A DNA stretch of 64,000 nt from Octopus sinensis (taxonomy: Eukaryota). Made by a program: the position numbers and the translations under genes. Shown in pieces: positions 38,358 to 51,357 of this stretch (position 1 is the stretch's first letter; every line of letters begins with the position of its first letter). Location of the stretch: contig NC_043000.1 in assembly GCF_006345805.1 (NCBI RefSeq), positions 83,080,001 to 83,144,000 of the forward strand, given 5' to 3'. The notes under the pieces were generated by a model. The model ran no database searches. It saw nothing but the letters and a program-made list of their open reading frames with translations, and was not told where the DNA came from.

Positions 38358-38379
38358 TAATAATAATAGAAACAATTAC

Positions 38380-38659
38380 CTAGTTTATTAATGTAAGATA
38401 GAGCCTCCTCCAAAATGACCAGTTCTTCCTTTATGCCTATTTCGGTAATATTATCTTGTTTAGATTTAACAGCCTGCCGTAATTTAGCGAATGACCAGTT
38501 AGTAGCTTCTGTTTTGTCATTCATTGCGTCTGGATCAGTAGTATAAGATTCAGTAATTGGAAGAGTATTTTTCTTGGCCATTATATCTTCTTGCAGGATT
38601 CGACAACCAGTTTCACAGACTTCTATAGCCATGGTCTTTTCCCTCATTTTGTGCAACAT
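38380..38659 (-). CDS. CFAP54: CFAP54-like exon, phase 0-1
   Basis: Acceptor tttatgtag, donor gtaatt; 280 nt, MLHKMREKTMAIEVCETGCRILQED...IKEELVILEEALSYINKL. The ORF track over-extends it into the (TAA)n microsatellite. Confidence 0.85.
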
Positions 38660-40268
38660 CTACATAAAGAATTATAAAATATTAGTTAAAAACAACCAAA
38701 AACCATAAGAAAGAAGAAGCAACACAGTATTGATTACTTAATTTTTAATTAGCATATTGTGGTTTAGTTTAGGAGCTTGGAGGAAATAGAGAGAAACCTC
38801 AGACAACTAGTTACTGGTCTAGTGAGAACAAATTCTACCGTAAGTATCAGCTTACTGACAGAAGGATCTATAACACTGTGTAACAATTTTTTTTTTGTTT
38901 TTGATCAGTAAGTGTTATTTTCTATTTGCTTCTATTTAGAAATCAAAGAAAATGACTACTCTTCCCTTCAAACTTTGCTTCCATGACCTGTTCATCAATG
39001 TTTCGAAACTGACCTATTTTCCATTACATTTCAGACAGATTCAACCCTGAGTTGCTGAAGTAGAAATATCATTATAGCAAACATCCTGCTCAATATCACA
39101 GATTTGCTTGTCAGTTGTTTGACCTTAATCACTTGAGCATGTCCTTTAGTGGTTGACAATATATGCATCTCTGATGATGAACAGGAGTAGTGGGGAAGCA
39201 TCATAGAGGCATTCTTTGGAGTTTGAATAAATATAACAAAAGCAAAGTTTGAAGGAAATATTAGCCATTTTTCATACTTTCTAGGGAAATAACAGTAGTT
39301 ACCCAAGGACAAAAATCATGTTACGCAGTGTAATCTTTCATACCATCACCAGAACTACCTTATGTTAATGTTCTAAACTAGTATTTCTCAAACATTTTTA
39401 GCTTATGGACTCCCTTTGATTCATATTTTACTCAGATAGACCCTCATAGCCATTCAATGTTTAAAAACTCCTATTATATTTTCATAATTAAATATTATTA
39501 GAAATTGTATTTAAAAAAATTTTTTAATATTTCATTAGTATAACCAATTTATTGTTCATAAATTTTATCAACAAAATCTTATACGAACCCCTAACGGTCA
39601 AATGGACCCTGTAAAAACAGTTAATTTACAAACTGTTAAGACAACTTAGCTAGAAATATGTACCATAAGAAAATTAACAAGGAGGTTTCTGTTTAAATCC
39701 TTCTATGACTGTTACTTAGAGAGATAAGCCAATACCAGGCAAACTGGGTTTAAATCAACAATATTGAGAGAAATGCTTAAAGAGGAGTGTTCTGCATACT
39801 AATTACAAACAGAGTAGGGTCTTCTATATGAAATATAGTGAGTATAAACATGTCAACTGTATGAGATTTAGTCTGGCCAGATCAGCAGAATAAATCTGAT
39901 AAAACCAAAACATTTGACTTAAAAACCAACTTCATTGCAGTTATTGTATTTTTCATATTTTCCAAAAGTTTCAATGAAATGTGGGAGCTATCTGCTTTGA
40001 TTTTTGCATTTATACTTTGAATACTCATAGAGGGACTGTTTATCAACTGATTGCATGGATAATCTTGATTAAATGGAGTTTTTTCAATTCATTATATTAT
40101 ATACTGTTACTTGATCTCAACTCCTTATATCCTTATATGAAACTGACCCGATAAGTTATGTGACAAATTTTGCATCTTTATTAATGACCAGGAGTTTGAA
40201 GTAAACTGGAGGTGTTTTTTTTTTAATTTCTAAATTACAAGATGATAAATTAAACAAATAAAACATAC

Positions 40269-40391
40269 CTTACTAAGATGATAGACAATACAAGTGACCA
40301 TATGATGTATGCTGTCTACAATAGCAGCTGATTTTTTCTGACGGACATTATTAGGTAGTTCTTGTAAAATTCCATAACAAAACAGAAGTAT
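40269..40391 (-). CDS. CFAP54: CFAP54-like exon, phase 0-0
   Basis: Acceptor atactttag, donor gtatgt; 123 nt, ILLFCYGILQELPNNVRQKKSAAIVDSIHHMVTCIVYHLSK (cf. ILIKCIVVLQGLP...SIQHMIACCIFY). Confidence 0.9.
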
Positions 40392-40789
40392 CTAAAGTAT
40401 TAATTTATTAATCAATAATTATTCAAGTAGTGATAATGATGATAGTGATGAAGATGATGATGATGAGGAGGATGGTAATGATGATGATGATAATGATGAT
40501 GATGATCAGTGTTTTTTCTTAATTGTGCATGGTAACTGATCTAAATATTTTGCTCAAAATTTCTATCATTTTAAAACAAATATAAGTTCTACCATTTATG
40601 GTTATAAATACACACACACACACACACACACACACAAGTAAACAAATATCACACAGCATTAAAAAGACTAAAATGTTTCAATAATTTTGATTATCATCTC
40701 AGGGATCAGCCATATTTTTGAGAACTACATTTCATATAAGCCTTTGTTAATAAGTAATGTAATTCAGTATTTATTCAACGTCTGTGATA

Positions 40790-41720
40790 TCAGCAAGGTG
40801 ACAAGATGAAAGATCTACAGGCAACTTTATTGCTTGTAGATTTTTCAAAAGCTTTTAACTTTGTACACTGAGACAGAATTGAACAAATTGTTTTCTTGCA
40901 CATGAACATCAGGAATAGTACAAGAGTTAAAGTTCAATCACCTAATGGAGATACTTTGATATCAATACAGACATCTTGCAAGGCAATACAATATTCTACT
41001 GCAACTTGCATTTATCATCTGCCTTGACTACACCCTTTACACATCTAGTGATAGCAGTGAAAAACTCAACTCCACTCTGACAAAATCCACCTTCCTTTGC
41101 TACCCAGCCACAAAAATATGATGAGATTGTATGTTTTGCAGAAACTACCACCCTTCTACATAACATTGAGAAAACAGCTGGAGGTATTTATCTATATGTC
41201 AATACTTCCTTGATTAAATACATTTATTTCAATTGGGAGGGTTTAATAAGCACAATTAATCAAAACCCTTGAAAATATGCAGATCCTTTACATACTTATG
41301 CAGCAACATAGTATCCACATAAAAGTAGGTAAAAATCCTTAAATATTGATAGGTATGTTCAACCATGTGAGGAGCAGTGGGAACAGCAACACCATTGATA
41401 CTGTGTGAGTATGAGGATGCCTAATGAGGACAGATTGGCCAGAAGAGTCAGCAATCAATGTTCAGATGGATACCCAAAGCACAATTCAATTTGCAACAGC
41501 TTGGAAAGTTCTTGATGGCTTTAGTGTCATCTGGAATTCACCACAACCAGATGACCTTCAAAGAAGTGTGTGCCATACCACTGGAGAGTCTCGAGAGATG
41601 GACAAGCAGAGAGAGAGAGAGATTAAAGCACTTTATAGAACATTGCTAGAGAGCTAAGCAAGAACTCATTAGTGATACTCTTATGGACACCTTGACATGA
41701 ATGTACTCAGCTGCCCACCA
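40790..41720 (+). mobile_element. Old RTE-like LINE fragment
   Basis: ATLLLVDFSKAF at ~40820 and decayed downstream RT motifs, with many stops. Confidence 0.55.
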
Positions 41721-42252
41721 AAAGACAGTATTCCTGCACCTGTGGGATGTTGTTTACTGCCTTTGCCAAATGCTATGCAGGATTGTGGCAAGTGGCATGA
41801 TTGATTGAGGCAAATCTGAGCAAGTTTTGCCAGATGTGAGATGATACATATTGCTGATGTCTATTTTTTGGACCTTGAAGGTGTGAAAAGTAGTGATAAC
41901 ACTAGCATGATTTAAATTCAGGGTCATATGCTGTAACTACTTGGCTTCCAATTGGTTGTAGAAATTAATGGAATTGTTTGTAAGTCAATAAAATCACAAT
42001 TTTCCCATTAGGGTAAAATTTATAATTTATAAGAGTGAAGGGATAACTTCAAGATACATAATCAAAATATCCACTGGTAAATAATATTAATGGACAGAAT
42101 GCATATTTGAAAGATATAACACATAGAAGAAAAATTTAGATATAAAGATTAAATCCATTTCATTTTCTCTTTTAACTTTTCTCTTCTTCACCCCCTTTGT
42201 CTTTTTCTTTTTGTTATATGTGCCAAATACTAAAAAATCAATCCAGGATTAA

Positions 42253-42474
42253 CCCTTTTGTCATCATATTTCCATTGAGATGCTCTGTGTTTCTTTCAAT
42301 TAATTTTAAATATAACAAAGAATTTAGTAAAATAATTTAGTTACCATTAAGCTAGTGTTAGGAGCATAAATTGTGACTAAGGTTTGGCGGAAGATTTTAA
42401 TTCAGAACTTTTGAAAACAAGTCATTTGTACTACAGAGCCAGAGGCAGTTTTAGGCAGGTTGATATCAAAAGGG
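42253..42474. mobile_element. piggyBac-like MITE
   Basis: TTAA on both flanks (42249-42252, 42475-42478); termini CCCTTTTG..ATCA and TGAT..CAAAAGGG; 222 bp, non-coding. Confidence 0.82.
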
Positions 42475-44159
42475 TTAAAGAGTCCTTGAATGGTCAACAG
42501 TTGGAGAGTTTTGCTGAGCACTGTTTTAATAATTGCATTAATAATAGTAATAGTTTGTTAAGAGAAAGAAAACAGTAAGTTTTGATATTTATGTGTTTTC
42601 CACCAAGGCTTTTAGTGATGTGAGTTATCTCTTTATATAAATAATTTGTTTCTTTGTTTAAAAAAAGGCTATAAACTGAAAGAAACCAGAAGAGCAAGAT
42701 ACTAAATTTATCTCATTATACCTAGACTATTTTAGCTCAGAAATAAAGTTCAAAGTTATGAAACTATTAATACTGATTGTTTCCAGCACAAGTTGAGAAG
42801 AAATATTACTAATCTAGTTGCTGTAATTATTGGTTTCATATTTTGACACAAGGCCAGTAATTTCAAGGATGAAGTAATTCCATTACATTGACTACAGAGC
42901 TCAACTGGTACATATTTTATCAACCTTGAAAGGATGAAAGGCAAAGTTGACCTTGGCAGAATCATTTGTGTGCCAATGATTCTGTTAGTTCATCACCCAA
43001 ATATGTCAACATCAATGGTTTTTGCTCAACCTCCATAGTAAGAAAGTTATTTACTCCATCAGATGTTCTGCTGTTAACACTCACCAAATGAGGGTGCTTT
43101 GAGGAAACTGAGAATACTGGATTGAGCAGAACACACTTGATAGTCATGTTGACTTCAGTGTGGCATGGAAATTAACCAATTTCCAAGCAAAGAAATAAGA
43201 GTGATAACCCCTGGCACAAATGCATTTGGTGGGCAGTCAGCATCTCCAAGTCTGAAAGTAACTGATTTTCAGTATGTTGCCCAGGAATGATATTGGATAA
43301 ACCACAGTCCATTCTCTTGAATGTTTGTTCCTTCTCGAGCCATACCTGGCTCATAAGGGCCAGTTTCCTGGTTTCCTTGGTGTATAGGTTCCCCACCTGG
43401 ACAGGACGCCAGTCCATCGCAGGTGAGCTGCAAGATGCAGGAGGAAAGAGTGAGAGAAAGTTGTGGCGAAAGAGTGAGCAGAAGTTCACCATTACCTTCT
43501 GCTGGAGCCATGTAGAACTTAAGTGTTTTGCCCATAAACACACACATCACCCAATCTGAGATTCGAACCCACGATCCTTTGACCGCGAGTCCGCTGCTCT
43601 AACCACCAGGCCATGTGCCTCCACATTCTCTTGAATGACATAAACAAGCTGCAACCACAAACAACCACAAACATACTAAGCAACCTTGAATAGAAATTTG
43701 GCAAGTAAGAATTTGATGAAAATATCATCTCATTGATGTTATCAGGTCCTTCCTTTGGATGAGGGAATGTTAGCAGGATAGGCAGAATTCCATTCATCAA
43801 GTATTTTCTCCAGGTTGCAAAATGTTAGAACAACAAGAAAGAGACAAAGTCACTAGGCAATGCAAACTTAGTGCATTGAAATATAAGGGAAAGTTGGGAG
43901 TATAAGGGAATATTGCAGCCATGCAATATGCTAGACTTGATAAAGGAAAACCGATTTTAGCTCTTCCAATATGGCATGCAATAGTTCTACAATGTTAGCA
44001 TGAATCATGTTAAGTCAACATAACTTATGATAAGTCATAACAAACAGATGTTATTTTTGTAAATGTTGTTGTCATTATCAATCAACATTCCGGTCTTTGA
44101 TGACTGTTCAAATTTAATGGTGAACAACTACCTGAGAGGTTTTAACTTCACGAAACTTA

Positions 44160-44376
44160 CAAATGGGTGCTGTAAAGTTCCTGGCTTTGGGTAAAAGAGA
44201 ATACAGGAGGATTAGTTAATTATGATTTTATTCAACATATTCCCCTCTCAGATTCAAACATTTATTGCAGTGGTCCTCCAGTTTTTCTAAGCCCTGTAAA
44301 AGAACTCGGAAGATTGGGCTGTCAACCAGACCTTTTGCAATACCCTTAAAGCCAGGAACTTTTCAGTACCCCCTCA
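44160..44376. mobile_element. mariner-like MITE
   Basis: TIR GGGTGCTG(T/A)AAAGTTCCTGGCTTT with its inverse AAAGCCAGGAACTTTTCAGTACCCC; TA on both flanks. Confidence 0.8.
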
Positions 44377-44504
44377 TATATTGCTAAAATTGTCAAAGAA
44401 TAAGTATAAAGTTTACAGTGGACTTTTGTAGGTGTTAAATCATAAAATTTTCCTGTATATAAATGAATTTTAAAATTAAAAAAATGTAATAAAATACACT
44501 TTAC

Positions 44505-44660
44505 CTGAATGACTGGCGGGAAAATCCACGAATGATACAGGAATGGTACTAACAAGCCATATATTTGAACAAGAGCTTGAACACATAGATTGACATCATT
44601 CAAAAAAGCTGCTATGTCAACTGCAAGCAACATCTTTTTGCATTCAACTAAGTGCTTTTT
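44505..44660 (-). CDS. CFAP54: CFAP54-like exon, phase 0-0
   Basis: Acceptor tttttcag, donor gtaaag; 156 nt, KKHLVECKKMLLAVDIAAFLNDVNLCVQALVQIYGLLVPFLYHSWIFPPVIQ (cf. LIECERVLVALELSNFLND...QCYGLLAP). Confidence 0.92.
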
Positions 44661-45881
44661 CTGAAAAAGACAAAATAAAAAAAACAATAAAAATATTTAT
44701 ATAACTGAATGGATATCACTATCTAAGTTGTTAGGTTCCTGTGCTAAAATTAGCCATTACATGAAACCCTTGTACTGTCACGTGGTTGATTTCACTTCAC
44801 AATCACAGATTGTGGGTTCAATCCCATTGAAAGGTACATTGGAAAATTGCTTTCCAGCCAAATCTCAAGTTGACCAATATTTTGTGAGTGTGTATCATCA
44901 GCATCATATTGAATCAGAAAAAAAATTTGTTGAGGGAGATTTCCTACAGCTAGATTCTTTTCCTGTTCCAACCCTCACTTGTTTCCAAGTAAGGTAATAT
45001 TTCACTGAGATATATTTTTACAGAAGAATGGAAATGCAGGACACCTTGTGATAGGTTTTGGTAAAAATAGATCCTTTTGTTATAGTAGCTGTCAGTTGTC
45101 TACGAAAATAACTTTGAATAAGCTTTTGCAGTATTTCAGTGTCCTAATAGGTATTCTTTGATAGAAATGTGTTCACAAATTTTATTTTCACATATGACAA
45201 CTAGTTGTTGTTTTGCCCTAAGTCAGCACTGATCACATAGATTTATGATTAAATACTTTCCAATGATGATCATAGGACATTCTAGAACCACTTTATTTAA
45301 AATGCCTTTGCTTTGTTAAGACAGCTCTGTGCAATACAAAGACTGAGAAATTTCCTAATCCATCACCACAGATAAGAAAAGAAAGAGAACAATTCTGTTG
45401 TAGCTTGTCAAAATAACTGAGAACTAATGGGTGGCCTGAATTAATGTATGGTTCGTAAATAAAAAAAAAATACTGGTACACTGTTGATTACAATGACAAA
45501 TGTTCCAGTTGATCTGATCAATGGAACAGCCAGCTCATGAAATTAATTTGCAAGTAGTTGAACATTCGACAGACACATGTACCCTTAAAGTAGTTCACAA
45601 TGAGCTTTAGCAGGGTACAGAATGTGATGTGACAAGGCCCTTTAAAAGACAGGTACTACTTATTTTTGCCAGCTGGATCGATTGGAGCAACATGAAATAG
45701 AGCGTCCTGATCGAAGACACAATGTGCCACCAGAAATCAAACTCACAACCTTATGATCATGAGCCAAATACCCTAACCACTAAGCTGCACACTGTCACCG
45801 GTTCATAAATAACATTAGTTTAAATTAGAAGTTGATGATAATGCTCACAAATAAAAGAAACTATTTGTTGTAGCAAACATA

Positions 45882-46749
45882 TGATGCTTGATCAATAAGT
45901 ATCTGGACTGTTGCCATAGTAACGAGGCTAAAGCATGCAAAGCAAAGCTGCTTGGCACCGATTGATCTTGAACTCTGCTGTGCATGCACATGAAGTTTTA
46001 ACGTCCTAGATCACTTCTGCTGTTTACAGCAGTGCTTGGAAGGAAGGTGTGACCATGGCAGAGAAAGTTGTCATGGCAATATTTACTCAGAGGCCTATGC
46101 AAAGTTGCAGAAAGTGTAAGGAGAGGGGCGTATGAATCGCACACAAGTGTACTAGTGGTTCAGATGTTTCCAAGATGGCCAAAAAATGTCGATATTGATG
46201 AACACTCTGGGAGACCTGCAACCAGGAGAACTGAGAAAAACATCACGATGTGTGTGCAGCTGTGAGGGGAAATCATTGAGTCACCATCCATGACTTATCA
46301 GAGATGTGCAGATTAGTTATGGTTCAGTTCAGTCCACTATCACTGAAGATAGGGGTATGAGACATGTGTCTTCGAAGTTTGTGCCAAAACTGCTTTCAGC
46401 TAACTAAAAAGATACTTGAGTTTCAGTTGCAGATCTCCTTAATTGTATGAAAAACAATGAAAACTTTTTGAAAACTTTGCATAGGCCTCTGAGCAGGTAT
46501 CACCAAGCTTTTGGCTAAATTTGTTGCAGATTCTCTGCTCAACTTTCTCTGTCATGATCAACGCGATGAGCACACGCTACACACCTTCCTTCCAAGCACT
46601 ACTGTAAACAGCGAAAGTAAGCTAGACTATTAAAACTTAGTGCACATGCACAGCAGAGTTCAAGGTCAAGGTCAATCAAGCAGCTTCATTCTCCATGCTT
46701 TAGCTTCGTTACTATTGCAACAATCCGGATACTTATTGATCAGACCATG
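45882..46749 (+). mobile_element. mariner derivative with two 5' ends (long inverted arms)
   Basis: Internal transposase HTH remnant (EAYAKLQKV...WFRCFQDG..NVD.DEHSGRP...GMRHVSSKFVPKLLS). 46473-46749 is an inverted copy of 45882-46106. TA on both flanks. Confidence 0.85.
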
Positions 46750-47174
46750 TAAATCACCAAACAAGTGAAGTGTAATTCAGTTCATCCTCATCATCATCAT
46801 TATCATCATCCATCATTTAACATCTGTTTTCCATGCTGGTATGGATAAGACAGTTTGACTAGAACTGGTAAGCCAGTGAGCTGCATCAGGCTCCAGTCTG
46901 TTTTGGCTTGGTTTCTACAGTGGATGCCCTTCCTAATGCCAACCACTCCATAGAGTGTACTGGTTGTCTTTTACTTGTCACTGGCAAAAGTGTTTTCTGC
47001 ATGTCACTAGAACAGGTGCCTTTTATGTGTCACCAGCACAGGTGTCACTCGTGTCTCTGCATGAGTGCCTTTCACATGTCACCAGCATTGGCCATGACTA
47101 TGATTTCACTTAGCTAGATATGTTTTCTCAAGCAAAACATATTATACGAATATATAAATAAACCAGTCACTCAC

Positions 47175-47322
47175 CTGTCTTATTTGAAATGGACCATCAG
47201 CACAAAGTTTATCACAGAACAACTTTCCTGTACGAATGTTTATGTTAGAAGATGTCATAACACATGTGTAAAGTTGTATCATAAATATTGGAGAGGCTGT
47301 AAGCCGTACAGTCTTATTTATT
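47175..47322 (-). CDS. CFAP54: CFAP54-like exon, phase 2-0
   Basis: Acceptor ctattacag, donor gtgagt; 148 nt, (R)INKTVRLTASPIFMIQLYTCVMTSSNINIRTGKLFCDKLCADGPFQIRQ (cf. recalled SPILL...LFCD). Confidence 0.88.
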
Positions 47323-47569
47323 CTGTAATAGAATTAATGGTTAACTTATATTTAGAAAGATAACAAACTATGCAATCATTTTTTTAAAGTTTTAAGGTAT
47401 TCTTTGAAGAATTAAGTTTAAAAAAATTTCAGATGCAACACTTAGTCTTCACCGTCATTTAATAAGCTTCCATGCTGGCATGGGTTGGACATGTCAACAG
47501 GGATCTGATGTATGCACCAAAGGCTAACAGTCCTTCCTAAGCCCAGCCTCTTTACAAAGTGTACAGGTT

Positions 47570-48010
47570 ATAGTATGGGTTGTGTATCCTGCATTTTTTT
47601 GTAGCAGAAACATGGCCACTCACAAAGACCCGGGCAAAAAGGATTGACAACCTTAACAGCAGATCCCTGAGGACCATCGAGAATATCAGATGGTACCAAC
47701 ATGTCTCAAACAAAGAGCTGCATATGCGCATGTATCAGCTCACAGCTTCCTGTCTTATAGCCGTCTTCCACATGCACTGGCACGGATATACCCTCCACCT
47801 CCCACCAGATCGCCCTACCAGGATCTTATTCTTGTTTGACACAGCAGCTGCAGGCTGGAAGAGGCCCCAAGGCAGACCCCATACCAGATGGCTGGACATG
47901 ATTAAGCAAGATCTCCAGAGGAACAACATCACCTTGGAGGATGCAGAGGGGTTGGCACAGAACCACCAGTGATGGAGGGCACTGGTGGACCTCGTTAGCT
48001 CTATGCACAA
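47570..48010 (+). mobile_element. RTE-like LINE C-terminal fragment
   Basis: AETWPLTK...IRWYQHVSNKEL...WKRPQGRPHTRWLD. Confidence 0.8.
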
Positions 48011-48072
48011 TGACACCTCTGAGACTGCTAGCCTGGGATGACTCCAGCTCCATCGAGCAAGAACAGAGAGAA

Positions 48073-48104
<32 letters not shown>

Positions 48105-48639
48105 CAACAAAAGTGAATATCACCACATAACTTGCAAGATTAAGGGCCTACAGTGGACTTAGTAACTAAGAGAGAAAAGCAAGGGATGGGTATAAGTAGG
48201 GATGGGTGAAGGAGAGTGAGAAAGATGAAAAGAAAAGATTTATAATTGAGGAGAATGGATTCAGAGTGTAATAGAGGAACAGAGTAATACAGCAGTCATT
48301 AATTAAAAGGGGAAGTTGACTGGGATCAGGGGAAAGAGATTAGTGACAAGGGTTATTGAGAAAGAATGGGGATAGATTGCAAAGGTGATAGGGTGGGTTG
48401 TTTATCCTACTTTGTAAGGGTAAGTGTGGATAGGTGTGAAAAAAAAAGAGACAGGGAGGAGTAACAAAGGTGGAGGGGAATCCTGAGGAAATTTCTTGAA
48501 AAGAGAGGTGTGAGGGGGTAATTGCTGGTAACATGAGAAGGGATATTGGAGGAGGCAAAGAAAATGTAGGGAGAGACCAGTGAGATAAAATGAGAAAGAG
48601 AGGAAGAGCAGTTACGGAAGATGTTCTTTTACAAATACA

Positions 48640-49400
48640 GAATTCTATTGAGAGGACATTTTTCATAGAACAATAACACTCTGCTTCTATCAAGAAAATG
48701 GCCTTGTTTGTATTTAGAAAAGGAGTGGGTAGAAATTCCATACACTGTACCCAATGCAAACTATAGACACATTAGAAGTGTGGTGGAATCAGATAAGAGT
48801 TTGTGGCAGATGAGCAGGAGCAATAAACATTATGAGCACATGGGAAATAAGACTTTTCAAATGCTCAAGAAGTAAAAGATGACTTCTGTTACCTTGGTGT
48901 CCTAATTAACAGTGGAGGAGGACATTCTGAAAGTATAGTTGCTACAATAAAAATAGGCTGGAGAAAGTTCAGAGAGCTTTTAACTCTGTTGGTAAAAGGT
49001 AGATAGAGTGTATGATGCTTGCACACAAACAGTAATGCTACAGGGTTGTGAAACATGAGCCATGAATACAGAGGACATGGAAAAAAAAAGAGAAAGAAAT
49101 GTGGCAAGCATGTTCCTTTGGATGTGCAACATCATTATGATGAATGACAAAATACAAATGTGTTGAAAAAATTGGGCTTAAGAAGAATCAGATATTGTGT
49201 GCAAGGGAGAAGACTGTATTGGTATGATCATGTGAAGCATGTAGATGAGGACAGAGAAGTACTGTTAACATAATGTGAATGGAGCTTAAGCAAAAGGGAA
49301 ACTCAGGAAGACATGGAACAAAGTAGTGAAGGTTGATATCAAAACTTGGAACCTTGCGGAATAGCTGAGAAAAGTCTTAGACAACTAGAGATATGTAGTA
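48640..49400 (+). mobile_element. Degenerate RTE resident-family fragment
   Basis: GVGRNSIHCTQCKL.TH..C.GI and later motifs colinear with 4980-5750. Confidence 0.82.
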
Positions 49401-50716
49401 CTTGAAAAGACCCAGCAATCACAGCAAAGCTGAGGTTCTGAATGCCTCATCATCATCATCATCATTATTTAACATCCACTTTCTATGCTGGCAAAGGTTG
49501 GACATATTGAGTATATTTAAACCGAGTCCCTTATCCAGTTTCCCCGTCAAGCCTTCTCTACCACCAATCATCACTCTGTCACTGAGCCCACCATCACTTA
49601 CCTAACTGCAATATTCTGTTGTTGTAATTAAATGATTTAAATTAATTCATCACCATCTTTCTCTATGATATCAGTTATCTTTCACACAACCTGGAACCAC
49701 TTCACTTCCATCTTTTATTCTTTACATTGTCCTTCTCTACTCACATTTCCTCTTGATCATCCTCTGTACTACCAAATTATCTATCCCTCTCTATCACCAT
49801 ACATCTCTTACTCTCACTACACATTATATATCTCTCTCTCTCTTTACACTGTCTTGCAGCCTACTCCCCCACATCTCACCTTCTCTCATCCTTCCGCAGT
49901 CTGCTATATTATTATTACTATTTTACTGCTCTTCACCCCTTTCTGTACTACTTGTCACCATCTTGCCTACCATCCCATTGACTCATATCTAATACTGACC
50001 TCCCCTCAACCTTTGTTCGTTATTCATTATATTCACTCCAACCATATTCTTACTCCATCTCTGACTATCCCTCACTCTTTCCATACATTCTTGCAACCTC
50101 TACTCTTCTACCCATCCTTCCTCTTCTTCAGTCCCCATTCCTATTCACCTCCTTGTATCCTGAGGGCTCACCTTCACATCTCATCACCATCACCTTTGTC
50201 TTTCTTTCTAGCTCTACCCTGATTATTCCTATCTACACTTCTGTCATGTGAGTAATCTTGAATCTCTTCTACAGTAAGAAACTGACCTCACTCATGTTGG
50301 TACCATGCAAAAATACCCAGTTACATACACTCTGTAAAGTTGTTGGAATTAGGAAGAGCATCCAGCAGGAGAAACCATGTCAAAAGAGACATTGGAGCAC
50401 GATGCCATTCTCTGACTAATCAGAATCTGTTGAGCCATCCAACCTATAGCAGCATGGAAGATGGGTGTTAAATAAGGATGAAGATGATGATGATGATGAT
50501 GAATGATTTTTAAGAAAAATTTTTACTCAAAGCATGGTAGCTATTTTAAAGTTGGATGACTACTCTGCATTTAAATCTTGCCATGACTTTATCCATTTGC
50601 TAAATCTGTGAGTTGCCTTCAAGTAGATTAGTGGCAGCTTCTGAAACAAATCTGTTGATGCTTAGTTAATTCCCTTGAGATATTTAACAATAACAACACT
50701 GATCATTTTCATTTAC

Positions 50717-50856
50717 CTGGGAAATTTTCGAAAATATTTCTTAACTGTTGAACTATTTTCTGCTGTTGAAGGAGAATCAAAATGCTTTACAAAGTGAGAG
50801 CACACATTGTCAAATATGTGTAGTGAGATGGAGAAACACTTCAGTTGGTAGGAGAT
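50717..50856 (-). CDS. CFAP54: CFAP54-like exon, phase 0-2
   Basis: Acceptor tattttacag, donor gtaaat; 140 nt, ISYQLKCFSISLHIFDNVCSHFVKHFDSPSTAENSSTVKKYFRKFP(R). Phases fit both neighbours. Confidence 0.85.
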
Positions 50857-50886
50857 CTGTAAAATAAATGAGAAACTATAATATCC

Positions 50887-50932
<46 letters not shown>

Positions 50933-51310
50933 ATGTATGTATGGATGGATGCATGCATGCATGCATGCATGTATGTAAAGTAATATTTGTAGCCACTTCA
51001 ACATGGCTGTCCATTTGTATGGACTCTACTGCGATTTTCAGTTGAAACACTCCTGTCACAGCCTGGGACCTTGAAGACTGCTTTAATGCAAGAAAGTATA
51101 CTAGTCCCTTAATATTTGATATTCAATATTTCATCTATTCAATAAGACAATCAATACTTCATTTCATTTTACTATATATACTATTTATACTATATATTCT
51201 ATATTCTACATTAATATTATAAAGAATATAAATAAAACATAAAAAACAGACAGAGTTGGAATTCCTTTGAATAATATATATCCCTCTATACACAATCATA
51301 CAAACCCCTT

Positions 51311-51357
<47 letters not shown>

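Noticed and set aside
39375-39610. Possible hAT-like MITE
   Set aside because: Only one decayed end is recognisable, and no matching TIR or 8-bp TSD was found.
43085-43255. Apparent minus-strand exon (acceptor ~43253, GTGAGT donor ~43085)
   Set aside because: All three frames contain stops, and exons 44505 and 40391 already join in frame.
43545-43622. tRNA-like sequence with A and B boxes
   Set aside because: It continues into a SINE body present in several copies and has no complete acceptor stem, so it is a SINE head rather than a tRNA gene.
43700-44000. Minus-strand peptide FCNLEKILDEWNSAY resembling CFAP54
   Set aside because: No compatible splice sites and a stop follows; the true counterpart is exon 38380-38659.
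49665-50222. 185-aa ORF, also 53810-54364, 55256-55807 and 36442-36909
   Set aside because: They stay open because of compositional skew, microsatellites or antisense overlap with a TE, and the translations are low-complexity.
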